Assembly (NCBI GenBank): GCA_041674945.1
Contig: JBAYUT010000001.1
Coordinates: forward strand, 1-54,342
Length of the DNA stretch: 54,342 nt
Origin: Minisyncoccota bacterium
GTDB taxonomy: Bacteria > Patescibacteriota > Minisyncoccia > Phycocordibacterales > Phycocordibacteraceae
Reading direction: 5' to 3'
Shown: positions 12,120 to 20,751 of the stretch, piece after piece
Layout: each line of letters starts with the position of its first letter
Numbering within the stretch: position 1 is the first letter of the stretch
Notes under the pieces: generated by a model
Databases searched by the model: none
What the model was told of the DNA's origin: nothing
The model's input: only the letters and a program-made list of their open reading frames with translations
Made by a program: the position numbers and the translations under genes

Positions 12120-12386
12120 CTGAACGAAGTGACGGCGACTGAAGACGCGGCGCGTCTGGCCAGGAATCGAATGCCACAGCGATGTTTTGCAAGCATGCAA
12201 AACCGCGAGGCGGGGTAGCGGAAATCCACAAGCGACGGCGAGTGGATTATCCGTGACCGATTCCCGGCAGCCCGACGGACAGTGTGGGCCAAAAAAGAGG
12301 AAATAGGTGCAAAAAATACGGCGCACGGCCCACGGACGCGCTATACTGCAAGCAGGACCAGATCTTTATATTGGAATAATTTTTTT

Positions 12387-12797
12387 ATGTCGATTCATTT
12401 TGAGTGGAATACAGACTTGTCAGTGGGGGAAGCAACGATAGACACACAGCACCAGCAGCTGCTTGCCCAGGTCAATAAGCTCATAGACGCAATGGTCTAT
12501 GGAGCAGGGTCAGAGGAGGTTGCTTCAGCGGTAGCGTTTCTGGGTCAGTACGCCAACGAGCATTTAGATTACGAGGAGGCTTACATGGAGCGACTAGGAT
12601 TTAAGGACCTCGCACATCACAAGACGATTCACGACGATTTTCGTAAAAAGTACATCGATTTTAAGACACAACTTGAGGCTGGCATGACCGCTGAGAGCGT
12701 CCTCATCGAGATGGAGAAGTTCTTGGGTCAGTGGTGGTTGGGCCATATCGGCTACGAGGACAGAAAGTACCACGAGGCGCTCGGTGCACCAGCATAG
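12387..12797 (+). CDS. bacteriohemerythrin
   Basis: 136 aa from the ATG at 12387. N-terminal FEWNTDLSVGEATIDTQHQQL plus downstream His/Glu ligands (HLDYEE, HHKTIHDDF, WWLGHI). Confidence 0.88.
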   Translation: MSIHFEWNTDLSVGEATIDTQHQQLLAQVNKLIDAMVYGAGSEEVASAVAFLGQYANEHLDYEEAYMERLGFKDLAHHKTIHDDFRKKYIDFKTQLEAGMTAESVLIEMEKFLGQWWLGHIGYEDRKYHEALGAPA

Positions 12798-12839
12798 TCA
12801 GAGGAAGACAGCCTCGCACGCGTATGTAAGAATGGGTAA

Positions 12840-14225
12840 GTGACCCAGAACCGCTCACCGTGGATACAGCAGCTCAATCGCACGCGCCCAGTGGTTCCCG
12901 TAACTCGGGACCTCGACACGGATGTTGTCATTGTTGGAGGAGGCATTGCGGGAATCACCACCGCCTTTTTTACACTCCGCAACACTGATGCCTCAGTAGT
13001 GTTGGTAGAGGCGGACAAAGTGGCACATGGAGCGACCGGACACAACGCCGGTCAAGTAACCACGTACTTCGAACGCCCACTTTCCGAGCTGGTCCAGGAG
13101 TTTGGCCTCGACCTGGCCGTCGACGCACAACGCGCCGTGGAGTCTGGGTGGGGCCTCCTTGACCAGATCATCACCGAGGCACGGCTCACCACGCCTCTGT
13201 ATCGTTTTACTGGGTATGCGGGCCTTTCTACCTACGAGCAGGTACTTCAACACCTACAGGATAATGCGTATCGAACCCAAGGCGGTATGCCCGCAGAGAC
13301 AATGCTTGTAGCCGAGGAGTGGCGAGAGCAAGCAGCGCTCCCCACTGAGCACCGCGCCCTCTACGCCACGGCGCCGCAGAGCGAGATCCTCTCCAAACTT
13401 GAAACCGATAACACGGACTACATTGCATTACTCGCCTATCAAAAAGGCTGTACGAATAGCGCCCTCTTCTCAGAGGAGTTGCTGGCGTACCTTGTAGCGA
13501 CCTATCCTGGCCGCTTCTCTCTGTACGAGGGCAGCCCCGTCCGTACGGTCGCGCTCGCGGCAAGTGCGGCCGAACTCAAGGTGCATGAGCACACCTTGCG
13601 AGCAGCACACGTTGTGTTGTGTACCAACGGATTCGAAAACTTCTCAATTACGAACGAAGGGGGAGTTGAGATCGACACCTCCTTTCACCACATGGTCACC
13701 GGCCGTGTGGGGTATATGTCGGGCTATCTCGAGGCCGACCATCATGCGCCCATCGCTGTTAGCTACTTTTCGAAACACCATGCGCCGAGCAACGACCCGA
13801 CCGGCGAGAGCTACTACTACCTCACGCGCCGACCTCATGACCCGGGAGACGGCAAAGCATACAATCTGCTGTGCACGGGTGGGCCTGACCGACTCCTCCC
13901 CGAGGGTACGCCGTACTCACGCCACGACACCTGTTCCGAAGAGATGCGCGAGGCCATTGACACCTTCCTCCGCGCAAATTATCACCAGCACCCTCAAGGG
14001 AACGTGTCTTACGACTATTGCTGGCACGGGCTTATGGGCTACACCCCCAACGGCATTCGACGCATCGGTCCTGAGCCTTGCAACCCGGTGCTACTCTACA
14101 ATCTCGGATGCAACGGGGTCGGTATCCTTCCCTCGGTCTATGGGGGCGAACGCATTGCGCGCTGGCTCAGAGGAGAGACGCCGCCGCCCTCGATATTTGA
14201 TCCCGAAGACCAACGGGCACAGTGA
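12840..14225 (+). CDS. FAD-dependent oxidoreductase (DAO family)
   Basis: N-terminal dinucleotide-binding DVVIVGGGIAGITTAF. 461 aa. Confidence 0.8.
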   Translation: MTQNRSPWIQQLNRTRPVVPVTRDLDTDVVIVGGGIAGITTAFFTLRNTDASVVLVEADKVAHGATGHNAGQVTTYFERPLSELVQEFGLDLAVDAQRAVESGWGLLDQIITEARLTTPLYRFTGYAGLSTYEQVLQHLQDNAYRTQGGMPAETMLVAEEWREQAALPTEHRALYATAPQSEILSKLETDNTDYIALLAYQKGCTNSALFSEELLAYLVATYPGRFSLYEGSPVRTVALAASAAELKVHEHTLRAAHVVLCTNGFENFSITNEGGVEIDTSFHHMVTGRVGYMSGYLEADHHAPIAVSYFSKHHAPSNDPTGESYYYLTRRPHDPGDGKAYNLLCTGGPDRLLPEGTPYSRHDTCSEEMREAIDTFLRANYHQHPQGNVSYDYCWHGLMGYTPNGIRRIGPEPCNPVLLYNLGCNGVGILPSVYGGERIARWLRGETPPPSIFDPEDQRAQ

Positions 14226-14312
14226 TGTACCGATCGCGAGCTTGAGGATTACGTCACAGCCGGTTACAATGCAAAATTACTGCAACACAATGCTTACGAG
14301 CACATTACACGT

Positions 14313-14942
14313 ATGGGAAAATTAATACTCGCCCGACATCATCAGTCTGAATGGAATAAGCTTGGTAAGTGGACCGGGCTCTATGACAGCCCTCTCGACC
14401 CGTACGGGGTAGAAAAAGCCAGTGACATGGGCACGCTGATTCAAGACCTCTCCATTGATCAGGCACTCACCTCGGCACTCACTCGCACCAAAGAAACCCT
14501 CGCTCACATGCTCACTGCGTCTGATAAACACAACGTGCCTACCGAACACGCCGCCGCACTCAACGAGCGCGACTACGGCGACTACACTGGCAAGAACAAA
14601 TTTGAAATGCAGGCAATCCTGGGAGACGAGGAGTACAAGAAACTTCGCCGTAGCTGGGACTACCTCGTCCCCAATGGCGAGACGCTCAAGATGGTATACG
14701 ACCGCGTCGTGCCATTCTACAAAGAGGAGATACTGCCGCAGGTGCACGCCGACAAGAACGTCCTTGCCGTTGCCCACGGCAACTCGCTGCGTGCCTTGAT
14801 CAAGTACATCGAGGGTATCTCAGACGAAGGCATCGCTGATGTTGAGATGCCCTTCGGTGCCATACTTATTTACGAGGTCGACCACGATGGACGTATCTTG
14901 AGCAAGGAGGTTCGTCAGACAGAATCGCACGTGCACGCATAA
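14313..14942 (+). CDS. gpmA: 2,3-bisphosphoglycerate-dependent phosphoglycerate mutase
   Basis: LILARHHQSEWN (RHG-type motif) and AHGNSLRALIKY. Lies next to eno. Confidence 0.88.
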   Translation: MGKLILARHHQSEWNKLGKWTGLYDSPLDPYGVEKASDMGTLIQDLSIDQALTSALTRTKETLAHMLTASDKHNVPTEHAAALNERDYGDYTGKNKFEMQAILGDEEYKKLRRSWDYLVPNGETLKMVYDRVVPFYKEEILPQVHADKNVLAVAHGNSLRALIKYIEGISDEGIADVEMPFGAILIYEVDHDGRILSKEVRQTESHVHA

Positions 14943-14969
14943 TTACTATTCAACTAGCAACCCCTATTT

Positions 14970-16241
14970 ATGACAAAGATCAGCTCAGTGAGTGCTCGCG
15001 AGATTATTGATTCGCGCGGTAAGCCGACCGTCGAAGTGACCTGCGCTCTCGCGAGTGGGGTAGTGGCCACCGCCTCGGTGCCCTCAGGGGCTAGTACGGG
15101 CGTGCACGAGGCCCTTGAGCTACGTGATGGCGACGCGGCGCGCTACGGCGGACAAGGCGTACTCAACGCAGTCGAGCATGTTAACCAAGACATCAATCAA
15201 CTCGTGCAAGGTCAGGACTTCGATCAGTCCACACTCGATGCGGCCTTGATCGAGGCCGACGGTACGGAGAACAAGTCACGCTTTGGTGCTAACGCAATAC
15301 TCGGCGTCTCGCTCGCCTTTGCACGCGCCGCTGCAACAGAGCAAGGGGTTGAGCTGTATCAATACTTAGGCGGTCTCGCGGGCAATACGGACTTCACCTT
15401 GCCTGAGCCCATGTTAAACGTTATTAACGGCGGACAACACGCTGACAGTGGTCTCGATATTCAAGAATTTATGCTCGGGCCTATTGGTTTTGACACCTTT
15501 AGCCGCAAGATACAGGCTGGCGCTGAGGTTATCACTGCGCTCAAGAAAATATTGAGCAAGAAGGGATACTCGATAGGCGTAGGCGACGAAGGCGGCTTCG
15601 CACCCAAGCTTACGTCCAACGAGGAGGCCTTTGAGTACCTCGAACAAGCCATTATTGATGCAGGATACACCTTCGACCAGATCAAGATTGCGCTTGATGC
15701 AGCTGCTTCGAGCTTTTACGAGAATGGCGCCTACCAAGTAAAGATCGCAGGAGAGCAGGGGAGCCGGACGAGCGACGAGATGATCGCATGGTACCAAGAC
15801 CTCGTAGATAAGCATCCCATTATCTCAATTGAAGACGCGCTCGCTGAGGACGATTGGGCGGGTTTTGCTTCGTTGACGGCCAAGCTCGGTGACACAATCC
15901 AGATTGTGGGTGACGACCTTACCGTAACCAATCCAAAACGCATCGAGACGGCTATCGCGGAGCGGTCTATCAACTCCGTGCTCATTAAGCTGAACCAAAT
16001 CGGCTCACTTTCTGAGACGATACGCGCTATTCAGATGACCAAGGCGGCTGACTGGACACCCTTTGTCTCGCACCGTTCGGGCGAAACCACGGACACCTTT
16101 ATCGCCGACCTCGCGGTCGGGCTCTCCTGTAAGTACCTCAAGTCCGGTTCGCTCACGAGAGGTGAGCGCGTCTGTAAGTACAACCGCCTGCTCGAGATCG
16201 AAGCGACGCTTGTACACACGAACGCAAAGAAGTTGAGCTAG
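14970..16241 (+). CDS. eno: enolase
   Basis: 423 aa with SHRSGETTDTFIADLAV and IKLNQIGSLSET motifs. Confidence 0.97.
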   Translation: MTKISSVSAREIIDSRGKPTVEVTCALASGVVATASVPSGASTGVHEALELRDGDAARYGGQGVLNAVEHVNQDINQLVQGQDFDQSTLDAALIEADGTENKSRFGANAILGVSLAFARAAATEQGVELYQYLGGLAGNTDFTLPEPMLNVINGGQHADSGLDIQEFMLGPIGFDTFSRKIQAGAEVITALKKILSKKGYSIGVGDEGGFAPKLTSNEEAFEYLEQAIIDAGYTFDQIKIALDAAASSFYENGAYQVKIAGEQGSRTSDEMIAWYQDLVDKHPIISIEDALAEDDWAGFASLTAKLGDTIQIVGDDLTVTNPKRIETAIAERSINSVLIKLNQIGSLSETIRAIQMTKAADWTPFVSHRSGETTDTFIADLAVGLSCKYLKSGSLTRGERVCKYNRLLEIEATLVHTNAKKLS

Positions 16242-16255
16242 TACCACCGCGTAGT

Positions 16256-16326
16256 GGGCCTATGGCGTAGTGGTAACGTGCGTCCATGGCATGGACGAGT
16301 CGGGAGTTCGACTCTCCCTAGGTCCA
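16256..16326 (+). tRNA. tRNA-Ala(GGC)
   Basis: Acceptor GGGCCTA/TAGGTCC with G3:U70. Anticodon stem CGTCC/GGACG with loop ATGGCAT. T-arm GGGAGTTCGACTCTCCC. Confidence 0.88.
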
Positions 16327-17560
16327 CATTCACAGAGCCAGTGTGCTCTATTTCCTCACAAACCCTTTTAAGGACTGTGTATTTTGGTGTTCGATAGCCC
16401 TCAATTTTGCTATACACCAAATTAGTCTCAAAAGGAACGAGAAGAACTTTTGTTGCTCAAACACATTCAATTCTGACCAAGTATCATAAGGTTCTTTTAG
16501 TACACCCAACACTTTGTTGAGGGCTGTTCGATAAGGAACGGCGTAGTCATATTTTGGTGCACTATCGGCTTCGGTAGTGATTTTGAAGCATCGGAAACAT
16601 TTATTTGTGCGTGGTAAAGATGTGTTTTCATATTGTTATTTCTGGTATTTTGTCTCTTGGTATGATGCGAACTTTCACTTTTTTCATCCCTAGGATTGAT
16701 GCTTTCATCAAGCGATGCAATCCATCGAGAATAAGCCACCGTCCTTTATTTTCCATAATATCAATCGGATGTACGAGGTCTGCTTTCATTGTTCTTTCGT
16801 ACTCGCTGATATGCCTCTCTTTATCATCAATTACATCCTGTGGAGTGAGATTATAAATACCGCCACCTTCCCATAAAAAGGGAATATCGAAGTGCCATAT
16901 AAGTTCAGTAATATCCATCTCTGTAACAGGAATATCAAGTTGCCACACTTTCTTTTCATCCCAACTAAAATCAAAGCCGACTTCTTTTATGGTTTTTGGG
17001 ATTTCCTTTTTTATTACCACTTGCCACTCATCTTCATAAACAACATTGCCTATTTTTTGAGGGTCAATTTCCTCACATTCAAAATTAGAAAGGTATTTCT
17101 GATGCACTTTGAAAAGTGTCCGCTCATATTGATTTTTGCCTTTTTCTGTAAGAAAAAATCTATAATCTCCTTCTGGTAACTGAGGTTTCGGCATCCATTT
17201 TCTTGCTTCGAGAGCTTCATCTCCTAACGATTCGGGAAGCAATCTTTTACCCGCAGAAAATACACCTTCTTTGTTTGATGTATAGCGATATAACTTCTTG
17301 TGCTCCATAAATGAAATTATAACAAAAAATTGGCAAAAACGCCTTTGTTGCGACCTCAACATCAGATACTCATCTAATACTCTTGTTGTGGTAGTTCTGT
17401 TTACGTTGCGACTTGTTTTTGCAGTATGTTTTGCCTATTTCCCAAGCCATTCAAAAATGCATACCACTCAAAAACAAAGTCTTGTATGGTGTTCGATGTT
17501 TTTCGGTCAATGTCCACAAACTTGCGCTCCCACCAAGGGGCACGTACAATGCGCTTACTA
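16327..17560. mobile_element. AT-rich island immediately 3' of tRNA-Ala(GGC)
   Basis: The sequence changes abruptly to AT-rich composition right after the tRNA and returns to flank composition before greA. The 11-bp direct repeat TGGTGTTCGAT occurs at 16385-16395 and 17487-17497. Confidence 0.4.
16628..17308 (-). CDS. ParB/Srx-fold (ParB-like nuclease domain) protein
   Basis: 226 aa from the ATG at 17308. C-terminal RWLILDGLHRLMKA is a DGxHR ParB/sulfiredoxin motif. TGTTATAAT lies 7 nt upstream of the ATG and there is no SD. Confidence 0.7.
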   Translation of the reverse strand: MEHKKLYRYTSNKEGVFSAGKRLLPESLGDEALEARKWMPKPQLPEGDYRFFLTEKGKNQYERTLFKVHQKYLSNFECEEIDPQKIGNVVYEDEWQVVIKKEIPKTIKEVGFDFSWDEKKVWQLDIPVTEMDITELIWHFDIPFLWEGGGIYNLTPQDVIDDKERHISEYERTMKADLVHPIDIMENKGRWLILDGLHRLMKASILGMKKVKVRIIPRDKIPEITI

Positions 17561-17577
17561 CGTTCTAAAAATTAAAC

Positions 17578-18051
17578 ATGACTGATGCACAAACCGCCGT
17601 TGTTTCGCAGGAGAAGTTTGACGAGATGGTTAAAGAGCTCGAACACTTGAAGACCGTACGCCGTACCGAGATCGCCAAGAACCTTGAGTACGCACGTGCG
17701 CTCGGCGACCTCTCCGAGAATGCTGAGTACCAAGAGGCGCGCGACCTGCAGGCAGCCACCGAGGAGCGCATCAAGAAGCTTGAGGACATGGTGAAGAACA
17801 CCAAGATTATCACCGATGGCAAGAAGAAAGACGAGGTAAGCTTCAATTCAAAAGTATCGATCAAGAAAGAAGGGAACTCTGAAGTACACGAATACACTAT
17901 CGTGGGCAGCGAGGAGGCTGACATGCGCGTGAAGAAGCTCTCGCACGTCTCACCACTTGGCGCGGCACTCATGGGCAAGAAAAAGGGGGACACCTTCACC
18001 TTTGAGACTCCGGGCGGCAAGCAGACCTACACCATAGAGAAGGTGGCCTAA
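17578..18051 (+). CDS. greA: transcription elongation factor GreA
   Basis: 157 aa. ARALGDLSENAEYQEAR coiled-coil tip and a C-terminal FKBP-like domain. Confidence 0.95.
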   Translation: MTDAQTAVVSQEKFDEMVKELEHLKTVRRTEIAKNLEYARALGDLSENAEYQEARDLQAATEERIKKLEDMVKNTKIITDGKKKDEVSFNSKVSIKKEGNSEVHEYTIVGSEEADMRVKKLSHVSPLGAALMGKKKGDTFTFETPGGKQTYTIEKVA

Positions 18052-18075
18052 CGGGCCGCATGGTACGATACGCTC

Positions 18076-19644
18076 ATGCTGTGGGCAGACCGCATTGCGA
18101 GCGAGATACGTGAGACAAGAAAGCCTAAAAACGGCACGTCTTTTCTTATACGCGACGAGAAGACCCTCTCGGGGCGCGTGCATGTGGGCTCAATGCGTAG
18201 CGTTGCCGTGCACGGCATGGTCGCTGAAGCCCTTTCCGAGCTAAATACTCCCAATGAATTCCAATTCGAGTTAAACGATTTTGACCCATTTGATTCAATA
18301 CCAGGCTACCTCGACGCGGAAAAATTCAGAGAACATTTGGGAAAGCCTCTTTACACCGTCCCGAGCCCAGAGCCAGGGTTTAAAAATTATGCCGAATACT
18401 TTGGCGAAGAGTTTATGGACGTACACAAGCAGGCCGGTTTTACTCCTACGTACTATCGCGCTACAGAGCTCTACCAGTCGGGACGTATGGACGGGCTTAT
18501 AAAGACGGCTCTCGAACGGGCGGACGAGGTGCGCAGTATTTTGAAGGCCGTCTCAGGGTCTGAAAAGGATTCGACCTGGCTACCGCTCTCAGTAGTCTGT
18601 GAGGACTGCGGAAAGATGATGACGACACGCGCTTTTGATTTCGATGGCGAGACGGTGGGCTACGCCTGCGATAGAAATCCGGACGATGCAAAAAGCTGCG
18701 GCCACACGGGCCGAGTAGCCCCATATAGCGGCACTGCAAAGCTCTTCTGGAAGGTTGATTGGGCTGCCAAGTGGATAGCGGTTGGAGTGGACGTAGAGGG
18801 CGGGGGCAAAGACCATTCGACCAAGGGCGGCTCGCGTGACGTCTCTAACCACATAAGTAAAGAGATTTTCGATACCGAGCCCCCGTTTGACACGCCTTAT
18901 GAATTTTTCCTAGTCGGCGGCAAAAAGATGGCTTCGTCAAAAGGTCGAGGAGCCTCCGCAAGAGAGATGTCCGACCTTTTTCCCCCCGAAGTGTTTCGTC
19001 TTGTCCTTATCGGTAAAGATATCCGTGAACAAATTGATGTCGACCCCGCGGGCGAATCGGTGCCGCGACTCTATGATTGGTACGACGATCTTGCCGAAAG
19101 CGTACGTACCGGCGCAGCCGACGATTACGCTCGGCTCTACACACTCTGTCAGTTGCGAGAGAACCGTGCTGGACTAGTGGCCCCATGGCAGATGCGTTTT
19201 CGCGAAGTGGCGTTTATCGTACAAATGGCGCACCTTTCATTGCTCGACGAAGCCATACGAACAAAGGGCAGCGAACTTACTGCAGACGAAGAGCAAGCAC
19301 TTGAAGAGCGTGCACGTTATGCGAAATACTGGCTTGCAAATTACGCTCCAGAAGAATTTAAGTACTCGCTGCAGGAATCACTACCAGCTGTCAATCTTAG
19401 CGACACACAAAAGAAAGCGCTTGGGGCGCTCGCAGGATATCTAGAGAGTAACGAACGCAATGGCGATGACATTCATCTGCGTTTGCACGAGCTTAAAGAA
19501 GAAATTCCTATTCAGCCAAAAGAACTCTTTCAAGCTATATATCGCGTGTTCCTCAACCGTGACTCCGGCCCCAAAGCGGGGTGGTTCCTCGCCGGTCTCG
19601 ATCGAGATTTTGTAATAAAGCGCCTGAAGGAGGCGGTTGTGTAG
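18076..19644 (+). CDS. lysK: lysine--tRNA ligase, class I
   Basis: 522 aa. GRVHVGSMRS (HIGH-like) and KMASSKG (KMSKS-like). Overall layout matches archaeal-type class I LysRS. Confidence 0.85.
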   Translation: MLWADRIASEIRETRKPKNGTSFLIRDEKTLSGRVHVGSMRSVAVHGMVAEALSELNTPNEFQFELNDFDPFDSIPGYLDAEKFREHLGKPLYTVPSPEPGFKNYAEYFGEEFMDVHKQAGFTPTYYRATELYQSGRMDGLIKTALERADEVRSILKAVSGSEKDSTWLPLSVVCEDCGKMMTTRAFDFDGETVGYACDRNPDDAKSCGHTGRVAPYSGTAKLFWKVDWAAKWIAVGVDVEGGGKDHSTKGGSRDVSNHISKEIFDTEPPFDTPYEFFLVGGKKMASSKGRGASAREMSDLFPPEVFRLVLIGKDIREQIDVDPAGESVPRLYDWYDDLAESVRTGAADDYARLYTLCQLRENRAGLVAPWQMRFREVAFIVQMAHLSLLDEAIRTKGSELTADEEQALEERARYAKYWLANYAPEEFKYSLQESLPAVNLSDTQKKALGALAGYLESNERNGDDIHLRLHELKEEIPIQPKELFQAIYRVFLNRDSGPKAGWFLAGLDRDFVIKRLKEAVV

Positions 19645-19659
19645 CCCGTGCAAAAAGGC

Positions 19660-19686
19660 GGCCCGGACCCTTTCGGGTTCCGGGCC
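19660..19686. terminator. convergent terminator hairpin between lysK and the 19709-20017 gene
   Basis: GGCCCGGACCC-TTTC-GGGTTCCGGGCC. On the minus strand it is followed by a TTTTT run. Confidence 0.65.
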
Positions 19687-19708
19687 ATTATGCGAGTCTG
19701 TCCGTCCG

Positions 19709-20017
19709 TTATCGACGACCGACCCCGTGGGGAGTGTCCGCCGAATGGATGTTCGCGACGCTCACGGTCGCGACACCATCCACTCCTGGCGGGAGGACGC
19801 AGCACTCCACGTAGGACTCGATCGTGGAGTCGCCCTCACCGTGCCAGACACGCCCATCGACCGTGCACTGCCTCGACTTGGGGTTGCTGACGCGTACCCC
19901 GGTCCAGACGGACCGAATGCCGCGGTCATCGAAATGCCTTTCGACGGCCGCAACGGCTTCAACCTGCAAAAAGGACTTTTGCTCTTCCGCTAGTTCCTCG
20001 TTCATACCCTGGCTCAT
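19709..20017 (-). CDS. hypothetical protein (102 aa)
   Basis: Strong SD (GAAGGAGAATCAATG) and an upstream TTGACT-N16-TATTGT promoter. Followed by a terminator hairpin. Confidence 0.65.
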   Translation of the reverse strand: MSQGMNEELAEEQKSFLQVEAVAAVERHFDDRGIRSVWTGVRVSNPKSRQCTVDGRVWHGEGDSTIESYVECCVLPPGVDGVATVSVANIHSADTPHGVGRR

Positions 20018-20112
20018 TGATTCTCCTTCAGGAACAGTTGCGTACCCGTCTCACTCTCACATCTTACACAATACAATCTTACTAGCCTGAGTCAAGTGTT
20101 CATAACTTACGC

Positions 20113-20166
20113 TAGGGTGGTGGGGTGGAGTGGGATATAATCCTATACAGGTTAGTGAAGTGGGAA
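20113..20166 (+). promoter_or_regulatory. putative mraZ promoter with G-rich GTGG(GA) direct repeats
   Basis: TATAAT at 20136-20141 is embedded in GGGTGGTGGGGTGGAGTGGGA. GTGGGA recurs at 20130, 20160 and 20222. MraZ proteins bind GTG-containing direct repeats in their own promoters. Confidence 0.4.
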
Positions 20167-20321
20167 GCGGGGTCATGGCCGTTCTCCACACAATTAGCCT
20201 TAACGAGCGCAGCGAGTGTTTGTGGGAGAACCCTGTTAAATACAGCTTCGCTGTCCTCTGCAGCAGAGGATTTAACAGGGTAAGTATTTCCTAGATCGCT
20301 AGCGCTCACAACGAAATACCT

Positions 20322-20750
20322 ATGTTCCTCGGAGAATACCTACACACCTTTGATACTAAGAACCGTATTTCGGTCCCTTCACGATTTCGTAAGGACCTAG
20401 GCCGCGTTGTCGTTGTGACACGCGGCCTTGATCGTTGTATCTACGTCTATGCTCGCAAGGCGTGGGAGAAACAGGCAGCGCAGTATGCGGCAGCAAGCAC
20501 TGGTACCGCAGCAGAGCGCGGCCTTGCGCGCCTCTTTCTCGCAGGCTCATTTGAGGCCGAGGTCGATAGCTCAGGCCGCGTGCTCATACCAGAGAACCTA
20601 AAAGCCTTTGCGGGGATTAATGAGAAGGCCGTGATGGCAGGCGTTGCCGACCGCGTCGAGATCTGGGAGGAGAAGGCATGGAAGCAGTACACCGAGCAGA
20701 TAGAGCGCGACGCAGACGCCTTCGCCGAGAAGGTGGGCGTTTCAAAATAG
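20322..20750 (+). CDS. mraZ: transcriptional regulator MraZ
   Basis: 142 aa with two DxxxR repeats (DTKNRISVP and DSSGRVLIP). Confidence 0.95.
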   Translation: MFLGEYLHTFDTKNRISVPSRFRKDLGRVVVVTRGLDRCIYVYARKAWEKQAAQYAAASTGTAAERGLARLFLAGSFEAEVDSSGRVLIPENLKAFAGINEKAVMAGVADRVEIWEEKAWKQYTEQIERDADAFAEKVGVSK

Positions 20751-20751
20751 T

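Noticed and set aside
12029-12290. Structured spacer after tRNA-Val considered as tmRNA, RNase P RNA or SRP RNA
   Set aside because: None of the universal motifs were seen on either strand: the tmRNA tag ORF with a terminal CCA-acceptor mimic, the RNase P GGAAAGTCC block, or the SRP GGAA/AGCA domain IV loop. A degenerate tRNA-like fold plus a repeat explains it better.
20112-20309. 65-aa minus-strand ORF in the mraZ leader
   Set aside because: It has no SD. It lies entirely in the promoter and leader of mraZ and overlaps the repeat and hairpin elements, so it is probably non-coding.
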